Of a DNA stretch of 64,000 bases, positions 51,775 through 64,000 are shown in pieces; the first letter of the stretch is position 1, and every line of letters starts with the position of its first letter. Below the pieces are notes generated by a model. That model saw only the letters and a program-made list of their open reading frames with translations, did not search any database and was not told where the DNA came from. Source of the DNA: the human T2T-CHM13v2.0 reference genome, Homo sapiens; the NCBI RefSeq assembly GCF_009914755.1, contig NC_060926.1; one strand, given 5' to 3'. A program made the position numbers and the translations under genes.

Positions 51775-53905
51775 GATTTCTTTTTTTCAGATTGCTTGCT
51801 GTTGACATATAGAAATGCTACTGATTTTCATATATTGATTTTGTATCCTGCATCTTTACTGAATTTGTTTATCAGTTCTAATAGTTTTTTGGTGTACTCT
51901 TCAGGTTTTTCCAAATATTAAATGATATTATTTGCTAACAAGGATAATTTGACTTCTTTCTTTCCAATTTGGATTTCTTTTATTTCTTTTCCTTGTCTGA
52001 TTGCTCTAATTAGGGCTTGCAGTACTATGTTGAATAGCAGTGTCACAAGTAGATACCCCTGTCTTGCTCTAGATGTAAGAGGAAAGGCTTTCAGGTTTTC
52101 CCTATTCAGTATGATACCAACTGTGCGTCTGTCATATATGGCTTTTATTGTGTTGAGGTATGTTCCTTCTATACCCAGTTTTTTAGGGGTTTTATCATGA
52201 AAGGATGTTTAATTTTATCAAATGCCTTTTCACCATCAAATGAAATGATCATATGCTTTTTGTCCTTCATTCTGTTGATATAATGTATTGCAATTATTTA
52301 TTTCCATATATTGGGCCATCCTTGCATTCCTGGGATGAATCCCAATTGGTCATAACAAATGATTTTTTAAGGTATTGTTGAATTTAATTTGCTAAGATTC
52401 CATTGAAGATTTTTGCATCAATAGTCATTGGAGATATTGGCCTGTAATTTTCTTTTTTTTTTTGATGTGCCTTTGTCTGGCTTTGGCATCAGGGTAATAC
52501 TGGCCTTGTAGAATGAGTTTGGAAGTATTCCCTCCACTTTGACCTTTTGCAATGGTTTCAGTAGAATTGGTATGAGTTGTTCTTTAAAAGTTTGGTAGCT
52601 TACAGCAGTAAAGCCATTGGGTCCCAGACTTGTCTTTGCTGGGTGACTTTTTATTATGGCTTCAATCTCATTACTTGTTATTGGCCTATTCAAGTTTTGA
52701 ATTTCTTCATGGCTAAATCTTGGTAGGTTTTATGTGTCTAAGAATTTATTCATTTCTTCTTGGTTTTTCAATTTAGTGGCACATAGTTGCTCATAGTAGT
52801 CTCTAGTGATCCTTTGAATTTTGTGGTATCAGTTATAATATCTCCTTTTTCATCTCTGGTTTTATTAGTTTGGATCTTTTTTTCTTGGTCTGGCTAAAGG
52901 TTTGTCAATTTTGTTCATCTTTTCAAAAAACCAACTTTTTATTTTATTGATAATTTGTATTTTTTCATTTTAATTTTACTCATTTCTGCTCTGATCTTTA
53001 TCATTACTTTTAATCTACAAATTTTGAGTTTAATTTGCTCTTGCTCTTCTATTTCTTTGAGATGCATCATTAAGCTGTTTATTTGAAGTTTCTCTACATT
53101 TTTCAATGTAGGTACTTATTGCTATAAACTTTCCACTTAGTACTGCTTTTGTTGTATTTCGTAGGTTTTGGTGGGTTTTATTTCTATTTTCCTTTGTTTC
53201 AAGGAACTTTAAAATTTTCTTCTTAATTTCTTCATTCATCCACTGGTCATTCAGGAGCATATTGTTTAATTTCCATGTGTTTTTATTGTTTCCAAAATTC
53301 CTGTTGTTGTGGATATCTAGGGTTTTATTCCATTGTGGTCAGAGAAGATATTTAATATGATTTCAGTATTTTGAATGTTTTGAGACTTGTTTTGTGGTCT
53401 AACATATGGTCTCTCTTTGAGAACTGTCCATGTGTTGAGGTGAAGAATGTATTTTGCAGCTGTTTGATAAAATGTTCTCTGTATATCTATTAGGTCCACT
53501 TGGTCTGTAGTGCAGATTAGGCCTGTTGTTTCTTTGTCGATTTTCTGTCTGGGTTATCTGTCCAATGCTGAAAGTGGATGTTGAAGTCCCCAACCTTTAT
53601 TTTATTGGGGTCTATCTTTCCCTTTGGCTCTAATAATATTTGCTTTATATGTCTGGGTGCTCCAGTGTTGGGTGCTTATATATTTACAATTGTTATATTC
53701 CTTTGCTGAATTGACTCCTTTATCATTACACAGTAACCTTTGTCTCTTTTTATGCTTTTTGTCTTGAAATCCATTTTATCTGATATAAGTGTAGCTACCT
53801 TTGTTCTTTTTTGGTTTCTATTTGCATGAAATATCTTTTCTCACCCCTTCATTTTCTGTCTGTGTGTGTCCTTACAGGTGAACTGTGTTTCTTATGGGCA
53901 ATAGA
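51775..53905 (-). mobile_element. Older L1 (L1MA/L1PB-age), ORF2 EN-RT portion, 3'-truncated
   Basis: Remnant ORFs [38 protein letters not shown] (52418-52693) and LLNDQWMNEEIKKKILKFLET (53030-53260). Confidence 0.9.
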
Positions 53906-54121
53906 TTTTTTTTTTATTATTATACTTTAAGTTCTGGGATACATGTGCAGAATATGCAGGTTTGTTACATAGGTATACATGTGCCTGGTGGTTTGCTGCA
54001 CCCAACAACCTGTCATCTACATTAGGTATTTCTCCTAATGCTATGGCTTCCCTAGCCCCCAATCCCCCAACAGGTCCTGATTTGTGATATTACCCTCCCT
54101 GTGTCCATGTGTTCTCATTGT

Positions 54122-56820
54122 TCAACTCCCATTTATGAATGAGAACATGAGGTGTTTTGTTTTCTGTTCTTGTGTTATTTTGCTGAGAATGATGGTTTCC
54201 AACCTCATCCATGTCCCTGCAAAAGACATGAACTCATCCTTTTTTATGGCTGCATAGTATATTTGCCACATTTTCTTTATCCAGTCTATTATTGATGGGC
54301 ATTTGGGCTGGTTCCAAGTCTTTGCTATTGTGAATAGTGCTGCAATAAACACACATGTGCATGTGTCTTTATAGTAGCATGATTTATAATCCTTTGGGTA
54401 TATACCAGTAATGGGATTGTTGGGTCAAATGGTATTTTTGGTTCCAGATCCTTGAGGAATCAGCATGCTGTCTTCCACAATGGTTGAACTAATTTATACT
54501 CCCTCCAACAGTGTAAAAGTGTTCCTATTTCTCCACATCCTCTCCAGCATCTGTTGTTTCCTGACTTTTAATGATCACCATTCTAACTGCTGTGAGGTGG
54601 TATCTCACTGTGGTTTAGATTTGCATTTCTCTAATGACCAGTGATGATGAGCTTTTCTTCATATGTTTGTTGGCTGAGAGGATGGAGTTTTCTAAATGTA
54701 AATATAAAATTATGTCATCAGCAAACAGAGACAATTTGACTTCCTATCTTCCTATTTGAATATCTTTATTTCTTTCCCTTGTTTGATTGCCCTGGCCAGA
54801 ACTTCCAATACTGTGTTAAATAGGAATGATGAGAGAAGGCATCCTTGTCTTGTGCCGGTTTTCAAAAGGAATGCTTCCAGGTTTTGCCCTTTCAGTATGA
54901 TATTGGCTGTGGGTTTGTCATAAATAGCTCTTATTATTTTAAGATATGTTTCATCAATATCTAGTTTATTGAGAATTTTTAGCATGAAACGGAGTTGAAT
55001 TTTATCGAAGGCCTTTTCTGCATCTTTTGAGATAATTATGTGGTTTTTGTCATTGGTTCTGTTTATGTGATGGATTTTGTTTATTGATTTGCATATGTTG
55101 AACCAGCCTTGCATCCCAGGGATGAAGCCAACTTGATGGTGGTGGATAAGCTTTTTGATGTGCTGCTAGATTTGGTTTGCCAGTGTTTTATTGATTTTTA
55201 TATCGATGTTCATCAGGGATATTGGCCTAAAATTTTCTTTTTTGTTGTGTCTCTGCCAGGTTTTGGTATCAGGATGATGCTAGCCTCATAAAATAAGTTA
55301 GGAAGGCGTCCCTCTTTCTCTATTGTTTGGAGTAGTTTCAGGAGGAAGGAATGGTACCAGCTCCTTTTTGTATCTCTCATAGAATTTGGCTAAGAATCCA
55401 TCTGGTCCTGGGCTTTTTTTGGTTGGTAGGCTGTTCATTACTGCCCCAATTTCAGAACTTGTTATTGGTCTATTCAGGGATTCAACTTCTTCCTGGTTTA
55501 ATCTTGGGAGGGTATATGTGTCTAGAAATTTATCCATTTCATCTAGATTTTCTAATTTATTTGCATAGAGGTGTTTATAGTATTCTCTGATGGCAGTTTG
55601 TATTTCTGTGGGGTCAGTAGTAATATCTCCTTTACCATTTTTTGTTGTGTCTATTTGATTCTTCTCCCTTTTCTTCTTTATTAGTCTGGCTAGCAGTCTA
55701 TCTATTTTATTAATCTTTTCAAAAATACAGCTCCTGGATTCATTGATTTTTTGAAGGGTTTTTCATGTCTCTATCTCCTTCAGTTCTGCTCTGATCTTAC
55801 TTATTTCTTGTCTTCTGCTAGCTTTTGAATTTGTTTGCTGTTGCTTCTCTAGTTCTTTCAATTGTAACATTAGGGTGTTAATTTTAGATCTTTCCTGCTT
55901 TCTCCTGTGGGCATTTAGTGCTATAAATTTTCTCTAAACACTGCTTTAGCTGTGTCCCAGAGATTCTGGTATGTTGTTTCTCGGTTTTCATTTGTTTCAG
56001 AAAACTTATTTATTTCTGTCTTAATTTCGTTATTTACCCAGTAGTCATTCAGGGGCAGGTTGTTCAGTTTCCATGTAGTTGTGTGGTTTTGAGAGAGTTT
56101 TTTAATCCTGAGTTGTAATTTGATTGGACTGTGGTCTGAGAAACTGTTTGTTATGGTTTCTGTTCTTTTGCATTTGTTGAGGAGTGTTTTACTTCCAATT
56201 ATGTGGTCAATTTTAGAATAAATGTGATGTGCTGCTGAGAAGAATGTATATTCTGTTGATTTGGGGTGGAGAGTTCTGTAGATGTGTATTAGGTCCCTTG
56301 ATCCAGAGCTGAGTTCAAGTCCTGAATATCCTTGTTAATCTTCTGTTTTGTTGATCTGTCTAATATTGACTGTGGGGTTTTAAAACCTCCCACTATTATT
56401 GTTAGGAGTCTAAGTCTCTGTGTAGGTCTCGAAGAACTTGCTTTATGAATCTGAATGCTCCTGTATTAGGTGCATATATATTTAGGATAGTTAGCTCTTC
56501 TTGTTGCACTGATCCCTTTACCATTATGTAATGGCTTTGTCTTTTTTGATCTTTGTTGCTTTAAGGTCTTTTTTATCAGAGGCTAGGATTGCAAACCCTG
56601 CTTTTTTTTTTTTTTTCTTTCCATTTCCTTGGTAAATATTCCTCCATCCCTTTATTTTGAGCCTATGTGTGTCTTTGCACATGAGATGGGTCTCCTGAAT
56701 ACAGCACACTGATGGGTCTTGACTCTCTACCCAATTTTCCAGTCTGTGTCTTTTAATTGTGGCATTTAGCCCATTTACATTTAAGGTTAATATTGTTATG
56801 TGTGAATTTGATCTTGTCAT
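54122..56820 (-). pseudogene. Disrupted L1 ORF2 (endonuclease/reverse transcriptase)
   Basis: Fragments [106 protein letters not shown]; stops, frameshifts and a large deletion. Confidence 0.92.
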
Positions 56821-56883
56821 TATAATGCTAGCTGGTTATTTTGCCCATTAGTTGATGCAATTTCTTCACAGTGTCAATGGTCT

Positions 56884-57895
56884 TTACATTTTGATATGTT
56901 TTTGCAGTGGCTGGTACTGGTTTTTCCTTTCTATGTTTAGTGCTTCCTTCAGGAGCTCTTGTAAGGCAAGTCTGCTGGTGACAAAATCTCTCACCATTTT
57001 CTTGTCTGTAAAGGATTTTATTTCTTCTTTGCTTGTGAAGCTTAGTTTGGCTGGATATGAAATTCTGGGTTGAAAATTCTTTTCTTTAAGAATGTTGAAT
57101 ATTGACCCCTACTCTCTTCTGGCTTGTAGGGTTTCTGCAGAGAGATCTGCTGTTATTCTGCTGGGCTTCCCTTTGTGGGTAACCCAACCTTTCTCTCTGG
57201 CTACCCTTAACATTTTTTCCATCACTTCAAACTTGGTGAATCTGCTGGTTTTGTGTCTTGGGGTTACTCTTCTCGAGGAGTATCTTTGTGGTGTGCTGTG
57301 TATTTCCTGAATTTGAATGTTGGCCTTTCTTGCTAGGTTGGGGAAGTTCTCCTGGATAATATCCTGAAGAGTGTTTTCCAATTTGGTTCCATTCTCCCTG
57401 TCACTTTCAGGTACACCAATGACACGTAGGTTTGGTCTTTTCACATAGTCCCATATTTCTTGAAGGCTTTGTTCATTCCTTTTCATTATTTTTTTCTTTA
57501 ATCCTGTTTTCACACTTTATTAAGTTGATCTTCAGTCTCTGATATCCTTTCTTCCGCTTCATAGATTTGGCTATTGATACTTGCATATGCTTCATGAAGT
57601 TCTCGTGCTATGTTTTGCAGCTCCATCAGGTCATTTATGTTCTCCTCTAAACTGGTTATTCTAGTTAGTAATTCCTGTAACCTTTTTTCAAGGTTCTTAG
57701 CTTCCTTGCAATGGGTTAGAACATGCTCCTTTAGCTTGGAGGAGTTTGTTATTACCCACCTTCTGAAGCCTACTTCTGTCAATTTGTCCAACTCATTCTC
57801 CATCCAGTTTTGTTCCCTTACTGGTGATCCTTTGTAGGAGAAGAGGCATTCTGGTTTTTGGAATTTTCAGCCTTTTTGCACTGGTTTTTCCTCAT
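56884..57895 (-). pseudogene. Disrupted L1 ORF1
   Basis: MENELDKLTEVGFRRWVITN..., KRNEQSLQEIWDYVKRPNLRVIGVPE...ITADLSAETLQARRE, split by frameshift and stop. Confidence 0.92.
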
Positions 57896-59235
57896 TTTCG
57901 TGGATTTATATACCATTGGTCTTTCATGTCGATGACCTTCGGATGGGATTTCTGTGTGGAAGTCCTTTTTGTTGATGTTGATGGTATTCCTTTCTATTTG
58001 TTAGTTTTCTTTCTAACAGTCAGGTCCCTCTGCTGCAGGTCTGCTGGAGTTTCCTGGAGGTCCACTCCAGACCCTGTTTGCCTGGGTATCACCAGCAGAG
58101 ACTGCAGAACAGCAAAGATTGCTGCCTTTTCCTTCCTCTGGAAGCTTCGTCCCAGAGGGGCACCCACAAGATGTCAGCCAAAAGTCTCCTGTATGAGGTG
58201 TCTGTCAACCCCTGCTGGGAGGTGTCTCCCAGTCAGGAGGCACGGGGGTCAGGGACCCACTTGTGGAGGCAGTCTGTCCCTTAGCAGAGTTCGAGCGCTG
58301 TGCTGGGAGGTCTGCTGCTCTCTTTAGAGCTGGCAGGCAGGAAGGTTTAAGTCTGCTGAAACTGGCCTACAGCCTCCCCTTCACCCAGGTTCTCTGTCCC
58401 AGGGAGATGGGAGTTTTATTTATAAGCCCCTTCCTTTCTTTCAGAGATGCCATGCCCAGAGAGGAGGAACCTAGAGAGGCAGTCTGGCTACAGTGGCTTT
58501 GCAGAGCTGTGGTGGCTCCGCCCAGTTCAAACTTCCAGGTGGCTTTGTTAATGCTGTGAGGGGAAAATGGGCTACTCAAGCCTCAGTAATGGCAGACGAC
58601 CTTCCCCCCACCAAGCTGGAGCATCTTAGGTCGACTTTAGACTGCTGTGCTGGCAGTGAGAATTGCAAGCCTGTGGACCTTAGCTTGCTGGGCTCCGTGG
58701 CATTGAGATCTGCTGAGCTAGACCACACGGCTCCCTGGCTTCAGTCTCTTTTCCAGGGGAGTGAACAGTTCTGTCTCGCTGGCATTCCAAGCACCACTGA
58801 GGTATGGAAAACAACAACAACAACATCAACAACAAAAACTGCAGCTAGCTCGGTGTCTGCCCAGTTTTGTGCTTGATACCCAGGACCCAGGTGGCATAGG
58901 CATCAGAGGAAATCTCCTGATCTGCGGGTTGCGAAGAATGTGGGAAAAGTGTAGTATCTGGGCTGGAGTTCCAGGACACAGTCCTCAAGGCACAGTCCCT
59001 CACAGATTCCCTTGGCTGCGGGAGGGAGTTCCCCGACCCCTTGTACTTCCCAGGTGAGGCAACACCCCACCCTGCTTCTGCTCCCCCTATGGGCTGCACC
59101 CACTGTTTAACCAGTCTTAGTGAGATGAGCTGGGTACTTCAGTTGGAAATGCAGAAATCATCCGTCTTCTGCGTTGATCTCGCTGGGAGCTGCAGACAGG
59201 AGCTGTTCCTATTCTGCCATCTTGCCAGCCACCCC

Positions 59236-61130
59236 CTGTTTTCTCTTTTCTTAAATTCATTCAGCCACTCTATGTCTTTTGATTGGAGAGTTGAGTTTAT
59301 TTACATTCGATATTGATATTGGTAAGGACTTACTACTATAATTTTGTTATTTATTTTCTGGTTGTTTCATGATCTCCTTATTCCTCTCTTTTTTTTCTAT
59401 CTTCCTCTTTATGAAAATGATTTTCTGTAGCAGTATGTCTTAATTTCTTGCTTTATATTTTTGCGTATCTGTTGTAGGTTTTTTGATTTGAGGTTACCAT
59501 GAAGCTTGCAAATAATATCTTATAACCCACTATTTTAAACTGGCGACAACTTAACTTCAATTACAGGAAGAAACAAATGAAATAAAAAACAACAAAGAGA
59601 AAATTAATAAAATTTTCTTTATTTCACTCCCTCACAATTTTAAACTTTTTTTCGATTTATATCTTATTATACTGTTTATATGTTTTGTTTTTTCTATTTA
59701 TATGTTATTATGCTAATTATATGTCTTAAAAAGTTGTTGCAGTTATTGTTTTTGATAGCTTTGTCTTGTAGTCTTCCTATTGAAGATATGAGTAGTTTAC
59801 ATATCACAATTACAGTTTTATAATATTCTGTATTTGTCTGTATCCTTACTGTTGCCTGTGAATTTTGTACCTTTAGATTATTTCTTAATGCTTGTTAATG
59901 TCCTTTTCTTTCAGATTGAAATACTCCCTTTAGTATTTCTTAAAGAATAGGATTTGGGGGTTGACAAAATCCCTCAGCTTTTGTTTGAGAATGTCTTTAT
60001 TTCTTCTTCATGTTTGAAAGCTATTTTTGCTGGATATAATATTCTACAATTAAAGTGTTTTTTTTCTTCAGCACTTTAGATATATCATGCCATTCTCTCC
60101 AGGCCTGTAAGTTTTCCACTGAGAAGTATGCTGCCAGATGTATTAGAGCTCCTTCGTATGTTATTTGTGTCTTTTCTCTTGCTGCTTTTAGGATCCTTTC
60201 TTTATCCTTTACCTTTTGCAGTTTGATTATTAAATGCTGAGGTAGTTTGATTTGGGTTACATCTGCTTGGTGTTTTATAACCTTCTTGTGTTTGAATATT
60301 GGCATCTTTCTCTAGGTTTGGAAAGTTCTTTCTTATTATCTCTTTGAGTAAACTTTCTACCCCAATCTCTCTCTACCTCTACTTGAAGGCCCAGAATTCT
60401 TAGATTTGCTATTTTCCAGATCTTGTAGGTATGCTTTATTATTTTTTATTCTTTTTTCTTTCGACCCCTCTGGCTGTGTATTTCAAATAGCCTGTATTCA
60501 AGCTCACCAATTCTTTCCTCTGCTTGATCAATTCTGCTGTGAAGAGACTCTGATGCATTCTTCATTTTGTCAATCCAAGTCCTCATCTCCAGAATTTTTG
60601 CTTGATTCTTTTTAATTATTTCTATCTCTTTGTTAAATTTATCTGATAATATTCTGAATTCCTTCTCTGTGTTATCTTGAATTTCACTGAGTTTTCTCAA
60701 AACAGCTATTTTTAATTCTCTATCCAAAAGGTCAGATATCGCTGTCACTCCAGAATTGGTAACTGGTGTCTTACTTAGCTCATTTTGTAAGGCCATGTTT
60801 TCCTGAGTGGTCTTAATGCTTGTGGATATTTGTCAGTGTCTGTGCACTGAAGAGTGAGGTATTTATTCCAGTCGTCTCTGTCTGGGCTTGTTTGTACCTG
60901 TCCTTCTTGAGAAAGCTTTCCAAGTATTCAAAGGAAATTGAGTGTTGTGATCAAAGCCTTTGGTCACTGGAACCATATATGCATTAGGGTTACTCCAAAC
61001 CCAGTAATGTTGTGATTTGCAGACTTTAGAGGTACCACCTTGGTGGTTTTGTGTAAGATCTGAGAGATTTCCCTGGATTACCAGGCAGGGTCTCTTATTT
61101 TCTTCTCTTAATTTCCCCCAGACAAATCAA

Positions 61131-61174
<44 letters not shown>

Positions 61175-61177
61175 ATC

Positions 61178-61208
<31 letters not shown>

Positions 61209-62226
61209 GCTGAGCTGCCTGTAGCTGGGGAAGAGGTAATGCAAGCACTCCTGTGGCCACCCTGCTGAAACTGTGCTGAGTCAGACCTGAAGCCAGTACA
61301 ATACTGGGTCTTGCCCAAGGCCTGGGGTGATGATTGCCTGTCTACTGCTGATGTTTATTCAAGACCCAAGAGATCCTTGGTCAGCAGGTAGTAAATGCTG
61401 CCAGAACTGGGTCTTTCACTTCAGGGCACTGGGTTCTATTCTGTCCCAGGATAGGTCTAGAAATATTGTCCAGGAGTTAGGTCTGGATAGGGCTCTGCTT
61501 CGTGCTTTATTTTGCTGTGGCTGAGCTGGAGTCCAAGTTGTGAGATAAACTCCTCTTTTTTCTTTCCTCTCCTTCCAGAAATGCAAGCTGTGCTGCCTGG
61601 AGTTGGAGGAGCGGTGATGCACACACTCCCTCGGCCACCTCAGCTGGTGTTTCACTGGGTCATGGGCACCCCAAGTCTGCCAGCTCCAAGCCCAGCACAG
61701 CCCTAGAACTAGCCCAGGAATTGCAGTCCTTGTGGCTTAGACTGCCTTTTAAGTTTACTTGGGACCCTAGAGCCCTTTAGCCCATGATGATGGGGGTTGC
61801 TGGAACTCAGATTCCCACTACCAGGATGGATAATTTCCCTGTGGCTAGGGCTAGTCTAAAAGCTCCCTCCATGGGTGCTGGCTGAAGTCTGCCTTGTATT
61901 GCTTTCCATTATGACAGGGCAGCACTGAATTCCAGTGCAAAGCCCCACAATTACTGTACTGTCCTTCCCCCAAGTGTACAGATTCTCTCTTCTGCCCCAC
62001 ATAGTGCCACCAGGGGATGGGGGAGCAGTGGTGTCAGGAATTTAAGACTGTCTTTCCTACCCTCTTCAGTGTCTCTTTCCTTAACATGATGTTAAAACCA
62101 GGTACTGTGATCACTCACTTGCTTTTTGGTTCTTATGAAGGTGATTTCTTCTGTGGATAGTAGTTCAATTTGGTGTTCCTGTGAGGAGGACAGTCACTGA
62201 AGGGTTCTGTTTGGCCATCTTGCTCC
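59236..62226 (-). mobile_element. Older L1 continued: inter-ORF region, ORF1 and 5' UTR
   Basis: Resumes the interrupted sequence (CATTCAGCCACTCTATGTCTTTTGATTGGAGAG); ORF1 remnants 60021-60305 (KDKERILKAAREK) and 60446-60796; 5' end reverse complement GGAGCAAGATGGCC. Confidence 0.88.
61132..61208. repeat. Compound (CT)n/(CTATCT)n microsatellite
   Basis: Directly visible; source of the SLSLSL and RDRERE ORFs. Confidence 0.95.
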
Positions 62227-63623
62227 CTTGTTTTTTGTTTACATTGTCTATGTCACCTCACATAGTCCAGAATGTACTGAGTGAATTTAATAAATGTTTG
62301 TTGCAGTAATGAATAAACGAGAAGTAAACTTTCTTTAAGTTTTGGAACCTAAAATAATAAGTTTTAGTTGGGAAAACTCCCTAATAACATCCTTGGGAGT
62401 ACAAGTATGATTAACAAAGATTACTTATCTCAGAAAGGTAAATTTTATATGTGAAAACACTTTTATATGAAGTTTGAAAATATATTTGGAATAAATATAA
62501 GGAATCAGTGAGAGAATAGTCAATGTGTAGAGGCAAATCAGAAAAGTGAGATTCAAGACCTGCCTTCACACTCTTTTTAAGTTTGAGCATGTACTTAACC
62601 TCTTTGACCTCCAAATCTCTCCTTTGGTCTTATATACAATCAGGTGTTTCTAATTATAATAGATGATGATGTGTGAGAGAATATATTGTTAACTGCAAAT
62701 CTTATAATAATAAAAGCTGTAATAATACATTTACAAACTAGCATAATTTCATTGAGCAACAGAAATTGTGAAGACAGCATTTATTTTCTTTAAAACAATG
62801 ATGTATTTCATAATTCACATATTTTGCTTTTCAAATAATTGTTTATTAAAATTTGTATTTGTATTGATTGAGCACTTATGAATTAGATAAGTAATGCCAT
62901 ATTATTTTATATCATCTGTTATCTGTGTCCAGTGGATTTATACAATCTCACATTTTTTATCTGGTCATGTACAAGGGTGTGAATTCACCCGAAACACTCA
63001 GAGTGATTCTGCTATCTGTATACAATCCTATAGCATTTGCTTTGATATTAAAGAATGCCATCAAACAGAAAATGATGTGGTCATTAAATGTAGGGTAAAA
63101 CCAAAGTTTATGATATGAATTCTAAAAACATCATATGACTTCAAGTGAACTTTGAGACTTGTCTCAATTTGAAAATTGCTGTCTACTTCATTTTACTGAA
63201 GAAAAGGATAAGAGCAAATAGATTATAAGTCACTGCAGACAAAACAATTTATTTTCCAGACTAAAGAGAATTATGAAAAACCAGACATTTAAATTGGTAG
63301 AAAAAAGAGTACCTGTTGATAGTCTCAGATTGCTGGGAACAACAGGCGTTTCACATTGGCTTAACAGGCGCAATTATTTTCTTCCATTTGGTATAAGTCT
63401 CTGTCTCCATTTTTTTTCTGGTTCATATCTCTGAGACTACTCATTTGTGAATATGCTTGAAAATGTGTTTCCATGGTGATTTCATGCGCCTATTTTCTTC
63501 TCTTGGGCTCTGTATTCTTAGGGTAAATCTCAGCGCCTCATAGAGTGCTTTATCTGCACGCCTCCTCATCCCTTTCTCATCCAAAACCTCGTGCCTTACA
63601 TGACACATTCTACCATTCCTTTG

Positions 63624-63937
63624 TTTTTTTATTTTATTTATTTTATTTATCTTTGAGATGGAGTCTCGCTCTGTCCCCCAGGCTGGAGTGCAGTGGAGTG
63701 ATCTCTGCTCACAGCGAGCTCCGCCTACCGTGTTCAAGCCATTCTCCTGCCTCAGCCTCCCAGCAGCTGGGACTACAAGCGCCCGCCACCACGCGCGTGC
63801 GGCTAATTTTCGTATTTTTAGTACAAACGGGATTTCACCGTGTTAGCTAGGATGGTCTCAATCTTCTGACCTCGTGATCCACCCACCTCAGCCTTCCAAA
63901 GTGCTGGGATTACAGGCGTGAGCCACCGCGCCCGGCC
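63624..63937 (-). mobile_element. AluY-like
   Basis: Y diagnostics AGCTCCGCC, GCCATTCTCC, CCGTGTTAGC.AGGATGG; CpG-rich; TSD TACCATTCCTTTG (63611-63623, 63940-63952). Confidence 0.93.
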
Positions 63938-64000
63938 TGTACCATTCCTTTGCAAAGGGAAGCATGTTCTCCTTAGTTCTGCAGAAATTCAAAACAGAAA

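Larger units (their letters stand above)
53906..59235 (-). mobile_element. Near-full-length L1PA7-like element with an internal ORF2 deletion, nested in the older L1
   Basis: 3' end TTATTATACTTTAAGTTCTGGGATACATGTGCAG; 5' end reverse complement GGGGTGGCTGGCAAGATGGCAGAATAGGAACAGCTCC; ORF1 and ORF2 remnants in order. Confidence 0.95.

Noticed and set aside
57824-59316. Several 68-167-aa ORFs on the + strand
   Set aside because: Antisense readings of the L1 5' UTR and ORF1 start; no independent support, and I could not verify an intact ORF0.

Overview
AT-rich, gene-poor mammalian DNA. AluY, AluS/J, L1PA2/3, L1PA7/8, THE1, MST and MLT2A elements indicate a primate, probably hominoid or human, genome. 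I find no supportable protein-coding gene, RNA gene or CpG island; the window reads as intergenic or deep-intronic sequence. About half is recognisable transposon debris: about 13 Alus or Alu fragments, many L1 pieces (including a near-full-length L1PA7-like copy nested in an older L1 at 51.8-62.2 kb), MaLR and ERVL LTRs, a decayed ERVL provirus, MER3/MER91/Charlie DNA transposons, L2/MIR and a 2-kb AT-rich minisatellite. Every ORF with recognisable homology is an L1 or Alu remnant. I did not find a new biological system. The most interesting signals are fossils of insertion and repair mechanisms that can be read directly from the sequence: an 85-bp target-site duplication, a ~30-bp micro-L1 with a perfect 15-bp TSD, a ~130-bp 88%-identical inverted repeat, a non-canonical THE1 insertion at an MLT1D LTR/internal junction, an ERVL split into opposite orientations, twin-primed L1s and a templated hairpin cluster. 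Repeat subfamily calls are by eye against remembered consensus sequences and need RepeatMasker/Dfam confirmation.
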